64,000 nt of DNA. It comes from a virus. Positions within the stretch are counted from its first letter, which is position 1, and each line of letters starts with the position of its first letter. Shown piece after piece: positions 20,906-31,574 of this stretch. The notes under the pieces are model-generated. The model had not been told where the DNA came from and searched no databases. It saw only the letters and a program-made list of their open reading frames with translations. The translations under genes were made by a program, and so were the position numbers. The stretch lies in the IMG/VR virus record IMGVR_UViG_3300016643_000133, positions 1-64,000 of that record, one strand, 5' to 3'.

Positions 20906-21340
20906 ATGAAAAATTTGGATGAAATTTTAGAAGAATGGCGGAAAGATTCCGACATTGACCGTACCGAACCAGGTAAGGCATTGTTAGACATACCTAAACT
21001 TCATAGTAAATACCTAAACGCTCTTTCTCAGCACCGTATGCTTGCCAAGCAAGCAGAATTCAATTATAATAAATGGAAAAAAATTAAGTGGGAGTATTAC
21101 ACAGGTAAGTTAGATGACGATGAGCTTCAGAAATATGGATGGGAACCTTTTCCGTTTGTTATCAAATCCGACTTATCTACATACTTAGAGAGTGATGAAG
21201 ATTTAAACAAGTATATGGCAAAAAAAGCCATACATGAAGAAATTGTAGAGATATGCCAATCTATTTTGAAAGAGCTAAATAGTAGAACATATCAACTTAG
21301 GTCATTTATTGATTGGGAAAAGTTCATACAAGGGGTATGA
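20906..21340 (+). CDS. uvsY: Recombination mediator UvsY
   Basis: IPKLHSKYL; WEYYTGK; IDWEKF; start moved to ATG 20906 after SD GGAGG. Confidence 0.9.
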   Translation: MKNLDEILEEWRKDSDIDRTEPGKALLDIPKLHSKYLNALSQHRMLAKQAEFNYNKWKKIKWEYYTGKLDDDELQKYGWEPFPFVIKSDLSTYLESDEDLNKYMAKKAIHEEIVEICQSILKELNSRTYQLRSFIDWEKFIQGV

Positions 21341-21383
21341 CGGACAAATTCGCCTTATTATAAATAAAGATAAGGAGAAAAAT

Positions 21384-21794
21384 ATGTTAGAATCTTTATC
21401 TAAATTTCTTGGAATAAAACACCATGACATTGATATGACAGGGTTATTATTCAGTAATGATCCAAAAGTTTCAAAAGAAGAAGCATTGAAACGAAATTCA
21501 GAATTTATTACTTGTCCAAAATGTGGCGTAAATGGTAATAGACCAAACATGATGCGTTGGCATTTTGAAAAATGTAAAACTCATTTGAAAAATTGTGAGC
21601 AATGTGATAGTATTATACCAAGACAAGGCGTAAAAGACCATCTTTACAATGCTAAAAAATATTGTAATAGAAAGTGTTACATGGAAAGTAAAAAAGGAAA
21701 AAAACCAATTGAAATGACAACTGAGGTTAGACAAAAACTTTCAGAGGCTAAAAAACAATATCATGCTAGATGTAATACTATACAAACAAAATGA
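21384..21794 (+). CDS. Homing-endonuclease-derived Zn-ribbon/NUMOD3 protein
   Basis: TATAAATA 21359-21366, SD AAGGAG, ATG 21384; CPKC, RWHFEKCK, CEQC, YCNRKC; inserted between uvsY and uvsW. Confidence 0.7.
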   Translation: MLESLSKFLGIKHHDIDMTGLLFSNDPKVSKEEALKRNSEFITCPKCGVNGNRPNMMRWHFEKCKTHLKNCEQCDSIIPRQGVKDHLYNAKKYCNRKCYMESKKGKKPIEMTTEVRQKLSEAKKQYHARCNTIQTK

Positions 21795-23238
21795 AGCTTT
21801 CATAAAAGTTGAATGTGAAAGAAGTGTTGCTCAGGAACTTTCAGATTATTTTTGTTTTTTTGTTCCTGGATATCAATTTACTCCTGCATATAAAAGTAGA
21901 GCCTGGGATGGCTGCATAAGGCTTTTTGACCTTCGTAATTACACCATATATCATGGTCTAATTCCATACATAGAAAAATTTTGTGCCGAAAGAGATTACA
22001 GTTTAGAGATAGCCGATGCTATCAAGCTTACACAAGAATTCTCTGGTGTTGAGGCATTAGAGTTCATAAAAACATTAAATTTGCCACATGAACTGCGTGA
22101 GTATCAATGGAAATGTTTTCTACAGGCCGTTCGCAACAAGCGACAACTTATACTATCACCAACTGCATCAGGTAAATCACTTATCATTTATTTGATTGTT
22201 CGTTGGTTACAAGAAGCAGATTTCAAAAGAGGGTTACTAATTGTTCCTACTACATCATTGGTAGAACAAATGTATTCTGACTTTGCTTCTTATGGTTATG
22301 ATTCAGACAAATACTGTCATCGTCAATATTCTGGTAAAGAGAAACATACAAACAAGTTTCTTACCATCACTACATGGCAATCAATCTATAAAAACGAAAA
22401 AGATTACTTTGAACAGTTTGATTATGTGATGGGCGATGAAGCACACCAGTTCAAGGCTAAATCACTTACAACTATTTTATCTGGTTGCACAAACGCTAAA
22501 TATAGGATAGGCACAACAGGTACATTAGATGGCACGCAAACACATCGCCTAGTATTAGAAGGTTTGTTTGGGCCAGTTTATAAGGCAACAACAACATCTG
22601 AATTAATTGAACAAGGCCATTTAGCTTCTTTTAACATTAAATGCCTTGTATTAAAGTATCCTGAACCTCTATGTAAGATGGCTCGTGATTGGGATTACAA
22701 TACAGAAATAGATTATATTGTTCAGAATAAAGCAAGAAATGAGTTTATTAAAAATTTGGTATTGTCATTAGAAGGCAATACACTCATACTATTCCAATTT
22801 GTGGAGAAACATGGAAAAGATTTACACAACATTATCAAATCTGCTGCTGGCAAGCGTCATGTATTTTTCGTATATGGTGGTACAGATGTTGAGATACGGG
22901 AATCGGTGCGTTCAATTACTGAAAAAGAAACAAACGCTATCATTGTTGCTTCTTACGGGACTTTTTCTACTGGTGTTAATATCCGTAACCTTCACAATAT
23001 CGTATTTGCCAGTCCATCCAAATCCCGCATCCGTAATCTTCAATCAATAGGTCGTGGGCTTAGAAGGGGTGACAATAAAACAGAAGCAACTTTGTTTGAT
23101 ATTGCAGATGATTTTCGTGTAGGTAAGTTTGTCAACTATACTCTTAAACACTTTATTGAAAGAGTAAAAATATATGATGAAGAAAAATTCAAATATAAGT
23201 TTTATAACATAGAGTTAAAAAATGCTAACGACCAATAA
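21763..23238 (+). CDS. uvsW: DNA helicase UvsW
   Basis: SPTASGKS, DEAH, QSIGRGLR SF2 motifs. Confidence 0.96.
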   Translation: MLDVILYKQNEAFIKVECERSVAQELSDYFCFFVPGYQFTPAYKSRAWDGCIRLFDLRNYTIYHGLIPYIEKFCAERDYSLEIADAIKLTQEFSGVEALEFIKTLNLPHELREYQWKCFLQAVRNKRQLILSPTASGKSLIIYLIVRWLQEADFKRGLLIVPTTSLVEQMYSDFASYGYDSDKYCHRQYSGKEKHTNKFLTITTWQSIYKNEKDYFEQFDYVMGDEAHQFKAKSLTTILSGCTNAKYRIGTTGTLDGTQTHRLVLEGLFGPVYKATTTSELIEQGHLASFNIKCLVLKYPEPLCKMARDWDYNTEIDYIVQNKARNEFIKNLVLSLEGNTLILFQFVEKHGKDLHNIIKSAAGKRHVFFVYGGTDVEIRESVRSITEKETNAIIVASYGTFSTGVNIRNLHNIVFASPSKSRIRNLQSIGRGLRRGDNKTEATLFDIADDFRVGKFVNYTLKHFIERVKIYDEEKFKYKFYNIELKNANDQ

Positions 23239-23644
23239 CAATATAAAGATAGTTCGTTTTCACGGTGGCGAAGATATAATAGCGGATTTTATTGAAGATA
23301 AAGAAAATGAAACTGTCATGTTGGTAAACCCAATGCAGGTTATCTTTAAAAGAATACCTACTGGTCAAACAGTAATGATGATGATGCCTTGGTTGCCTAT
23401 TGAAATCATAAAAGACAATACGGCATTGGTCTATACTTCAGACATTCTTACCATCATAGACCCTAAAGAATCTGCTATTAAACACTATGGTGAAGTAGTT
23501 ATAGAAGCACAAAAACGAATGGAAGAAATTGATGTTATAAGTGAAGAAGATGAAGATGAGGAAGATGAAGAAGAAACTGAAGATTTATCTGTAGAAGAAC
23601 TATTTGAAATAATTAAAGACAAAAAGAATAAGAGCATACATTAA
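23222..23644 (+). CDS. Conserved hypothetical protein (usually between uvsW and gp55)
   Basis: GEDIIA...PWLP; acidic tail. Confidence 0.7.
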   Translation: MLTTNNNIKIVRFHGGEDIIADFIEDKENETVMLVNPMQVIFKRIPTGQTVMMMMPWLPIEIIKDNTALVYTSDILTIIDPKESAIKHYGEVVIEAQKRMEEIDVISEEDEDEEDEEETEDLSVEELFEIIKDKKNKSIH

Positions 23645-24297
23645 TGGATTATACTGATGTTATTGTGAAAAAACCATGGGGTTCAGAGTACCTTTGTTAT
23701 CGCAACGAAGAAGTTGCAATTTGGTATCTTTATATTCAAAAAGACAAGCAAACATCCATGCATTGTCACCCAAATAAAAATACTGGTTTTGTTGTGTTAG
23801 AAGGTAAAGCAGAGTTATCTTTTCTGCGGAACTCCATGCAACTAGAAGGGTTAGATAAAATTCATATCTTTCGTTCCCGTTTCCATTCTACACGAGCAAT
23901 AACAGATTCTTTTATTTTTGAAATTGAAACGCCAGAAGATAAACATGATTTAGTAAGATTAGATGATGCCTATGGTCGTGCAGGTACAGAATATGAAGGC
24001 AAAAATGCACATTTACCAAAAGATGATTCGTGTTTTTGGATTGAAGAAGCTTCAGAAACACCTAAAGAGTATGTGATTCGTGATTGTGTAGTAAAACATT
24101 TTCTAATAACCAACAAAAATCAGCTGCTAAATAAGCAAGAAGAAGAACTGTTTATCGTTACAAAAGGTGGCATAGTCACTAAGAAAAACGAAAAAGTGGT
24201 TTGGCCTGGTGATGTAATTGATGGTAAAACATTACACCGACTGGCAACAGCATTTGAATTTGAACCTAACACATCAATGATATATGTGAATAAATGA
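23644..24297 (+). CDS. Cupin-domain protein (sugar isomerase-like)
   Basis: KPWGSEY; SMHCHPNK; EIETP..DLVRLDDAYGR as in the ManC/PMI cupin. Confidence 0.8.
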   Translation: MDYTDVIVKKPWGSEYLCYRNEEVAIWYLYIQKDKQTSMHCHPNKNTGFVVLEGKAELSFLRNSMQLEGLDKIHIFRSRFHSTRAITDSFIFEIETPEDKHDLVRLDDAYGRAGTEYEGKNAHLPKDDSCFWIEEASETPKEYVIRDCVVKHFLITNKNQLLNKQEEELFIVTKGGIVTKKNEKVVWPGDVIDGKTLHRLATAFEFEPNTSMIYVNK

Positions 24298-24776
24298 TTT
24301 ATCTTTTTGATTTGGACATTACATTATGGGATACTTTTGATAAGCATGGTAATCCTATATGGGCAAAACAGTTGGTGCCGCCATACAATCTTAATGGCAA
24401 TACTATAACTGACGATGTTTTTGCTAAATGCACGCTACGCAAAGGCGTAAAAGAATACTTGATACACCTCAGAAGTGAGGGTCATCAGGTTGGTTTCATT
24501 TCTGTTGGTGCATACTTTGGTATGCCTCAATCAAAACAACCATCTATGCGACTTATGGAATTGTTTGGTATTCTTCGTTATTTTAATGGTGTTCATGTGT
24601 TAGAATACAAGACATACAATAAAGCACAATTCATATCTACCTTAGATGATAAAATTATTTTTTACGATGATAGCCAAAAGAACTTAGAAGCAGTAAAAGA
24701 TTTAACAAATGTTACGGCAATAGATTCAATAAACATTATGGATTGGTCACAACTGATTGGAAAAAAATATGATTGA
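24294..24776 (+). CDS. HAD phosphatase (MDP-1 / subfamily IIIC-like)
   Basis: FDLDITLWD motif I; FYDD motif IV. Confidence 0.85.
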   Translation: MIYLFDLDITLWDTFDKHGNPIWAKQLVPPYNLNGNTITDDVFAKCTLRKGVKEYLIHLRSEGHQVGFISVGAYFGMPQSKQPSMRLMELFGILRYFNGVHVLEYKTYNKAQFISTLDDKIIFYDDSQKNLEAVKDLTNVTAIDSINIMDWSQLIGKKYD

Positions 24777-26283
24777 TATATTATTTGTTCACCCTAACGC
24801 ATCTAAAAAAATCTATCAAGGATTAGCAAACAAAAATTCTGCCATTGAGCCGCCAATATGGGCAGCAATGTTGGCAAATAGTGTTCGTTCTAAAGGTTAT
24901 AGTACCGAAATCTTAGATACTGAGGTAGAACAATTAGATTACATTACTTCTGCCAAAAGAATTACAGAATACAAAGCAAAGATTGTTTGTTTTGTTGTAT
25001 ATGGCCAACAACCATCCGCATCGTCACAAAATATGGAAGGTGCAACTGCTACTGCCGCAGAGTTACGAAACCTAGAGCCAAATACATTTATATTGTTTGT
25101 TGGTGGTCATGTTGCGGCATTGCCAGAAGAAACACTTAAAAAAGAACCTTACATTAATGCAGTATGCCAAAATGAAGGTGTTTATACAATTCATAATCTA
25201 TTGCAAGCGCCAACATTTGAAGATTTCTATTTGAGAAAAGTTGATGGTCTTGTGTTCAGAGATTCAGAAAACAATATTGTGTTTAATGCACCATCACCTG
25301 TTGTGCCAAAAGATATGTTAGAAACAGATTTACCTGGCATGGCATGGGATTTATTGCCATCATTATCGCAATATCGCACCGCTGGTTGGCACTCATGGTC
25401 TAACAACACAGAAAAACAACCATTTGCGGCACTCTATACAAGTTTAGGATGTCCTTATAAATGTTCATTCTGTATGATTAACATTATCAATAGAACTAAA
25501 CAAGGAACAAATGTATCATCGGCTGATAGTAATATCTTTCGCTGGTGGTCACCTGAGTTTATGATAAAACAGTTTGACTATATTGCTTCACAAGGTGTTC
25601 GTAATGTAAAAATTGCCGATGAATTGTTTGTATTGAACCCAAGGCACTTTGAAGCAATTTGTGATTTAATTATTCAACGAGGTTATGATTTTAATATTTG
25701 GGCTTATTCTAGGGTTGATACCTGTAAGCCTAAGTATTTGGACAAGTTATCTAAGGCCGGCGTAAAATGGTTAGGACTTGGCATTGAGAATCCAAATAAT
25801 GAATTGCGTAAAGAAATTCATAAAGAAGGTTTTCAAGAAGTCAAAGTATTGGATTTAATTCGTATGATTCGTGATGCAGGTATTAATGTTGGTGGTAACT
25901 ACATCTTTGGTTTACCATATGATACAAAAGAATCTATGCAAGCAACATTAGATTTTGCTTTAGAGAATCCAACTGAGATGGCCAATTTTTATTCTGCAAT
26001 GGCATACCCAGGAAGTCCTTTGCACAATCAGGCCAGAATTTTTGGTATAAAATTGCCAGACACTTACGCAGGTTATAGCCAACATTCATATGAAACCTTA
26101 AACTTAGCAAATGACCATTTGACTGCGGCAGAAATACTTTCATTTAGAGATAAAGCGTGGGATACTTATCACCAAAGTCCTAAGTATTTGGAACTGATGA
26201 AAGAAAGATTTGGTCAAAAAGCGGTTGATGAATTAAATGACACCAAAACAGTAAAACTTAAAAGGAAATTATTAGGAGATTGA
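24769..26283 (+). CDS. Cobalamin-dependent radical SAM enzyme
   Basis: N-terminal B12-binding Rossmann region (GGHVAALPEE, NEG); CPYKCSFC; GIE; IFGLP; YPGSPL. Confidence 0.92.
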   Translation: MIDILFVHPNASKKIYQGLANKNSAIEPPIWAAMLANSVRSKGYSTEILDTEVEQLDYITSAKRITEYKAKIVCFVVYGQQPSASSQNMEGATATAAELRNLEPNTFILFVGGHVAALPEETLKKEPYINAVCQNEGVYTIHNLLQAPTFEDFYLRKVDGLVFRDSENNIVFNAPSPVVPKDMLETDLPGMAWDLLPSLSQYRTAGWHSWSNNTEKQPFAALYTSLGCPYKCSFCMINIINRTKQGTNVSSADSNIFRWWSPEFMIKQFDYIASQGVRNVKIADELFVLNPRHFEAICDLIIQRGYDFNIWAYSRVDTCKPKYLDKLSKAGVKWLGLGIENPNNELRKEIHKEGFQEVKVLDLIRMIRDAGINVGGNYIFGLPYDTKESMQATLDFALENPTEMANFYSAMAYPGSPLHNQARIFGIKLPDTYAGYSQHSYETLNLANDHLTAAEILSFRDKAWDTYHQSPKYLELMKERFGQKAVDELNDTKTVKLKRKLLGD

Positions 26284-26284
26284 T

Positions 26285-26821
26285 ATGAAAGCTTTGATTA
26301 TAACATGGGAAAATTTCCAAGACCAAGAAGTAGTTTACCCATTTTACCGATTAAAAGAAGAAACTGATGATGTAGAAATTATGGCCAATGTTACAGGCAA
26401 ATTTTTTGGCATTATGGGTGTGAATATGACTTCACATAAACTTTTAATTGAATTGGACAATGCAGAAAGGTATCAAAAATACCTTAATGAAACTGACATT
26501 CTTGTGTTACCAGGTGGAGTTAAATCACTAGAAAAACTTCGCCAAGAAAAAAATGTAATTCGCTTTATTGCGGACTTTGCAGCAACAGGTAAAGTAATTG
26601 CAAGCACTTGTCATGGTGCTCAACTAATGATTTCTGCTAAGATAGTGAAAGGTAAAAAGATTAGTGGTTACTACTCATTAGAAGATGACATTAATAATGC
26701 AGGCGCTATATACAGTAGAGAGCCTGTTGTTGTAGATGGTAACATTGTATCATCACCACATTATGACCATATGGGTATTTGGATGAAAACTGCGATTGAT
26801 ATGACAAATGGAAAAAGATAA
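26285..26821 (+). CDS. DJ-1/PfpI family protein
   Basis: FQDQEVVYP; LPGG; STCHGAQ nucleophile elbow; VVVDGNIVSS. Confidence 0.9.
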   Translation: MKALIITWENFQDQEVVYPFYRLKEETDDVEIMANVTGKFFGIMGVNMTSHKLLIELDNAERYQKYLNETDILVLPGGVKSLEKLRQEKNVIRFIADFAATGKVIASTCHGAQLMISAKIVKGKKISGYYSLEDDINNAGAIYSREPVVVDGNIVSSPHYDHMGIWMKTAIDMTNGKR

Positions 26822-27626
26822 ACTATTAAACATACACAAAAAAGCAGCAATATGTAGAGCGTTTGAAGAAGAAGTTTACAGGCAAGTAGAAGCAAAAACA
26901 ATTAAAATACCTGTATATCTTTCTGCTGGTCAAGAATACATTTCTGCTACTCTATCGGAATATCTTGGTGATGTAGATAAACAAATCTTTATTCAACACC
27001 GAGGCCATTCTACTTACCTTAATTTTGGTGGTAATATGGAAGAACTCATACTAGAACTTCTTGGAGATAAAAGAGGTTGTGCTAATGGTATGGGTGGTTC
27101 AGCATCAATACAATCCAGAGAAAAACAAATTTATGGCCATGATGGTCTAATGGGTTCACATGGGCCAATTGCAACTGGTGCCTGTTATGGTAATAAAAAA
27201 TTTACTCTGTGTTTTACTGGCGATGCTGCAGCCGAAGAAGATTACTTTGTTGCGGCAATTGGTTGGGCGTCTACAAAAAAATTACCAATTTGGTATATCG
27301 TAGAAGATAACAACCTTTCTATTCTTACTGAAAAGAAAGTAAGACGAAATTGGGAAATGCACGACATTGCTGGCGCTTATAAGATGAAAGGGTTTGATTT
27401 GTCTGATGACCCTAAAGATATTTGGAATCATTTAGTAAATTGTGGAAAAGATGAACCTGTTCTGTTTAACATACGAACCAATCGTTTGTTTTGGCACGCT
27501 GGTGCTGGCATTGATGACCCAAATATTCCAGATGTTCATAAAAATTATGTAATTTATTTTGGCGAAAAATATAATAATGAAGCAAAAGAAATTGTGAAGG
27601 AGGCTTGGAACAAATGCCTACGCTAA
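26808..27626 (+). CDS. TPP-dependent dehydrogenase E1 alpha-like subunit
   Basis: YLSAGQE; HRGH; GMGGS; GDAA...EDNN TPP-binding motif. Confidence 0.9.
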   Translation: MEKDKLLNIHKKAAICRAFEEEVYRQVEAKTIKIPVYLSAGQEYISATLSEYLGDVDKQIFIQHRGHSTYLNFGGNMEELILELLGDKRGCANGMGGSASIQSREKQIYGHDGLMGSHGPIATGACYGNKKFTLCFTGDAAAEEDYFVAAIGWASTKKLPIWYIVEDNNLSILTEKKVRRNWEMHDIAGAYKMKGFDLSDDPKDIWNHLVNCGKDEPVLFNIRTNRLFWHAGAGIDDPNIPDVHKNYVIYFGEKYNNEAKEIVKEAWNKCLR

Positions 27627-28510
27627 GAGAAACAATTAAAGAAACTGTTAGGCATCATCTAACTAAAGAAAATGGCATTGCTATGGGTCAATGTTTGACC
27701 GCAGTTGGTTGGGTTGGCGGCACATTACCAGAACTTTATGAAGATGATGGTATGGTTGAATTGTCAATGGCTGATGTGGCAGGTGGCGGTATTGCAGTAG
27801 GTGCTGCATTAGCAGGTCGTAGACCAATGTATGTCATTCGTTATCAAGGTTTTAATTGGTATAATGCACCAATGATTACAAATTATGCCGCAAAGTCAAA
27901 AGACATATGGGGTATTTCATGCCCAATGTTTGTTCGGTCAATTGCTATGGAAGGTGCAATTGGTCCTGTGGCAGGTTCTTCTCATCACTCGCTTTACTAT
28001 CGTATGCCTGGGTTAAAAATATTTTCACCTATGACACCAGGCGAATACAAATATGTTTATGAAAAATTTATGTCAGAAGATGAAGTGTATTATGTTTCTG
28101 AACATCGTGGTGCATACAATAACACAGTAGAAATGGAAAATATTTTTAATGTAAAAGCACACATTACTTTATTTCCTATTTCAATTACAAGGTTTGCTGC
28201 GATAGAGGCTGCAAAAGAATTACGAGAACAGGGTATCATTGTAGATGTATGCCATATTATGCAAATCAAACCTTTTATTCCAAATGCTATGGGTATAGAA
28301 TCATTAAGAATAACAGGCAAAGGCATTGTTTTAGATGATGACTATGTTGACGGTATTGCAAAGAGTTTGGCATTTGATTTAAACAAACAATCAGGTGCAG
28401 ACATTCATGTGATGGGTCTAGAAAACAAAACAGCTGGTTTCTATTCGCAAGTTGATAATTTGCCTCCAAATAAAGATGACATTATAAGGAAAATAAAAAG
28501 TTTACTATGA
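27614..28510 (+). CDS. TPP-dependent E1 beta / transketolase C-terminal-like subunit
   Basis: GIAVGAALAGRRP; NYAAK; PGLKIFSPMTP; adjacent to E1 alpha. Confidence 0.85.
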   Translation: MPTLRETIKETVRHHLTKENGIAMGQCLTAVGWVGGTLPELYEDDGMVELSMADVAGGGIAVGAALAGRRPMYVIRYQGFNWYNAPMITNYAAKSKDIWGISCPMFVRSIAMEGAIGPVAGSSHHSLYYRMPGLKIFSPMTPGEYKYVYEKFMSEDEVYYVSEHRGAYNNTVEMENIFNVKAHITLFPISITRFAAIEAAKELREQGIIVDVCHIMQIKPFIPNAMGIESLRITGKGIVLDDDYVDGIAKSLAFDLNKQSGADIHVMGLENKTAGFYSQVDNLPPNKDDIIRKIKSLL

Positions 28511-29412
28511 GTTCACTACAATACCGTAAATCTAGGATGTCTCAAATGGCCACACAATGGCGAATGGAAAAAGTAAGAGATTTGTTCATTCGTAAAAAAG
28601 TGCCTGACCATTTGTATAATGATTTGCGCCGTTCTATTGGCATTTATATTGCAAGAGCTTTGCATTTTGATTATACAGAAAATGAATCAGAATTTATTTA
28701 CCAATTAAATCAACACCGAGATATTAGGTTGAATGTTACACCAAATGGTGGTGTTGTACCTAAAAAAGAGTTTGCATTAGAATACAATTTGTTTATTCGT
28801 AGTTGGTGTAATTTGGTTGCTAATCTTATTGAAGATAGTCCAGATTATTTGAAGAAGTTTCGTTTAACACCAAACATTCGCATTAAGTATGCAAGAGAAT
28901 TAGAAGATAACATTGGTCGTGGTTTAGATACTGCTTTGCCACATTCAGATGCGTGGGTTGAAGGACCATGGGGTATGAACTGTCATATGCCAATTTTTGG
29001 TGATAGTGACCGCAATTACCTCCATTTCTATAAACTAAAAGATGAATCAAAGTTTGATGATAAATTTTTAGAAACTTCTGCTGAATACACAGATATGCAA
29101 TGGGTAGTGGACTACTATGAAGATGATGATGTGATTCCAGAAAAAGGCTATATAAACATAAGTGATTATGCTTTAATCCACAAAACAAATAGATTGCCAA
29201 ATGCAGGTACCCGTGTTTCTATTGATACGACAATCTTTGCAGGTGACCATGATGTTCACCCTGACCGCAGATTAGAATACTTAGACCATATACCTTTTAT
29301 TGGTGAAGAACTTTTTATCGCCTGTAATGTGAGTGAATTTGATAAACCACATGAAAAGAATACCGTATTCAGTCACTATACAAGCGGAACATTAAACCAT
29401 GTTAAATTATGA
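28507..29412 (+). CDS. Probable 2OG-Fe(II)/double-stranded beta-helix oxygenase
   Basis: PHSDAW (HxD), distal IHKT, RVSID. Confidence 0.55.
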   Translation: MSSLQYRKSRMSQMATQWRMEKVRDLFIRKKVPDHLYNDLRRSIGIYIARALHFDYTENESEFIYQLNQHRDIRLNVTPNGGVVPKKEFALEYNLFIRSWCNLVANLIEDSPDYLKKFRLTPNIRIKYARELEDNIGRGLDTALPHSDAWVEGPWGMNCHMPIFGDSDRNYLHFYKLKDESKFDDKFLETSAEYTDMQWVVDYYEDDDVIPEKGYINISDYALIHKTNRLPNAGTRVSIDTTIFAGDHDVHPDRRLEYLDHIPFIGEELFIACNVSEFDKPHEKNTVFSHYTSGTLNHVKL

Positions 29413-30398
29413 TTATCACAAAAACACCCTATCGCCTTTCCTTGTTTGGCGGCGGTACTGACTACCCAGCTTGGTATAATAAACATCCAAGCAAGTGCTT
29501 ATCTGCCGCCATGGCACATTACTGTTATGTTCATGTAAAGCAATTACCGCCTTTTTTTGAACACACAATTCGTTTATCTTATTCAAAGTTAGAGAATGTA
29601 AATTCAGTTGATGAGATTGACCATCCTTCTATTCGTGCTTGTTTAAAATATTGTAACATTGATGGCAACATAACAGTTGGCCACGATGGTGATTTACCTG
29701 CTAAATCAGGTATTGGTTCTTCTTCATCTTTTACAGTTGGTTTGTTAAATGCCCTTCATGCTTTAAATGGCATTGAATTGTCAAAAGAAGAATTAGCACA
29801 GAAAGCAATTATTGTTGAACAAAACCTTATTGGTGAAACTGTTGGTATACAAGACCAAATTATGGCGGCTCATGGTGGTATAAGATTGATTGATATGTCA
29901 ATTGCTGGTTGGAAATCTAGTGCATTTGAAATTTCATCTGATTATAAAACATACCTAGAATCTAACATCATGCTTGGTTTTTCTGGTGTTTCTCGGTACT
30001 CAGAGGTTCAAGCAAAGAAAAAAGTAGATAATATCAAAGAAGGAACAATAGAAAACCTTCTCTTAGAAACAGTAGATTTGGCAAATGAAGCTATTGATAC
30101 CATTAGCAAAGAAAAAGAAATGTTTGTGATTGGAGATTTGCTAGATAAAGCATGGAAAATAAAAAGAGATTTAGCTGATGGTGTCACTCAACCATGGATA
30201 GATGATATCTATTATACTGCTATTGAAAGTGGTGCATATGGTGGTAAATTAATGGGTGCTGGCGGTGGAGGGTTCTTTATGTTTCTTGTGCCGCCAGATG
30301 AACAACAAGAATTCAAAGAAAAAATGCATCAAATTAAAGTATGGGTGCCATTTAAATTTGACAATAACGGTACACAAATCATTTTAAAAAATTCGTGA
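29409..30398 (+). CDS. GHMP sugar kinase (HddA heptose-7-phosphate kinase-like)
   Basis: TPYRLSLFGGGTD; GIGSSSS; GIQDQ; GGKLMGAGGGGF. Confidence 0.9.
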   Translation: MIITKTPYRLSLFGGGTDYPAWYNKHPSKCLSAAMAHYCYVHVKQLPPFFEHTIRLSYSKLENVNSVDEIDHPSIRACLKYCNIDGNITVGHDGDLPAKSGIGSSSSFTVGLLNALHALNGIELSKEELAQKAIIVEQNLIGETVGIQDQIMAAHGGIRLIDMSIAGWKSSAFEISSDYKTYLESNIMLGFSGVSRYSEVQAKKKVDNIKEGTIENLLLETVDLANEAIDTISKEKEMFVIGDLLDKAWKIKRDLADGVTQPWIDDIYYTAIESGAYGGKLMGAGGGGFFMFLVPPDEQQEFKEKMHQIKVWVPFKFDNNGTQIILKNS

Positions 30399-30404
30399 GG
30401 CAAT

Positions 30405-31574
30405 ATGAAATACCCTTTGATGAGAAATAATATTACACGACAAGATTTAGATGCCATGATTGAGCATCTAAAACAAGATGACCCAATACTTACAAATGGA
30501 CCTAAGTGTAAAGAGTTTGAAGAAGCTTGGTCAAAATGGCTTGGTGTCAAATACTCGGTGTTTGTAAATTCTGGTGCATCTGCTAATTTACTTTCAATGA
30601 CTGTATTGAAAATTAAACATCCTGAGGGCGGTGAAGTAATTGTGCCGCCATTGACATGGATATCTGATGTTGCCTCAGTTATTCAATGTGGGTTTACACC
30701 AGTATTTGTTGATGTAGATATTGACACTTTAGGTATGAATAGTGATGATATTATTCGTGCTATTACTCCAAATACCCGTGCAGTATTTTTATCACATATC
30801 CAAGGGTTTGATGCACTTACTGATGACTTGATATCAACTCTGGCCAAAAACAACATTCCATTAATTGAAGATGTTTGCGAGTCACATGGAGCAATGCACG
30901 GAAGTAAGCTTTGCGGTAGTATTGGATGGATGTCAAACTTCTCTTTCTATTATGCACACCACATGACAACAATTGAAGGCGGCATGGTATGTACCAATGA
31001 TGAAGAAACATATAATATTCTTCGTATGTTGAGGTCACATGGCATGGTTAGAGAATGTGGTAATGAAAGAATGAAGTTGGCTTATAAGAGTAATTACCCT
31101 CAACTGAACCCTGATTTTATTTTTGCTCATGCAGCTTACAATATGCGTAACAATGAATTGGGCGGTATTCTTGGACTATCACAGTTGCCAAACTTAGATA
31201 AAAATGTTACACTACGGAATAGAAATCACGAAAGGTTTTTATCTAAACTTAACCAAAACAAATACTTTGTTGGGTTTAAATTGTTAGGCGCAAGTAACTA
31301 TGCCTTTAATTTAATACTGAAAGATAAAGACCAAGAGTTGGCAAATAGAGTGATGACAAGAATGAAAGAAGAAGGCATTGAGTTTCGCCGTGGTAGTGCA
31401 GGTGGTGGTAATCAACTAAGACAACCATACTTAGAAAAATACATTCCAACAAACTATCATTTGAATTTCCCAAATACAGAACACATACATTTTTATGGTT
31501 TCTATATTGGTAATTTTCCATCAATGCAATTAGAAGATATTGATTTTATCACCAAAACATTAAACGAGGCATAA
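30405..31574 (+). CDS. DegT/DnrJ-family PLP enzyme, ColD/RfbH(E1)-type 3-dehydratase
   Basis: VNSGASANLL; EDVCESHGA; SFYYAHHMTTIEGG with His at the usual Schiff-base Lys position. Confidence 0.85.
   Translation: MKYPLMRNNITRQDLDAMIEHLKQDDPILTNGPKCKEFEEAWSKWLGVKYSVFVNSGASANLLSMTVLKIKHPEGGEVIVPPLTWISDVASVIQCGFTPVFVDVDIDTLGMNSDDIIRAITPNTRAVFLSHIQGFDALTDDLISTLAKNNIPLIEDVCESHGAMHGSKLCGSIGWMSNFSFYYAHHMTTIEGGMVCTNDEETYNILRMLRSHGMVRECGNERMKLAYKSNYPQLNPDFIFAHAAYNMRNNELGGILGLSQLPNLDKNVTLRNRNHERFLSKLNQNKYFVGFKLLGASNYAFNLILKDKDQELANRVMTRMKEEGIEFRRGSAGGGNQLRQPYLEKYIPTNYHLNFPNTEHIHFYGFYIGNFPSMQLEDIDFITKTLNEA

Noticed and set aside
26808-28510. Pyruvate dehydrogenase as a central-metabolism auxiliary gene
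   Set aside because: No E2/E3 in the window, the subunits are short and divergent, and the context is entirely sugar-nucleotide enzymes
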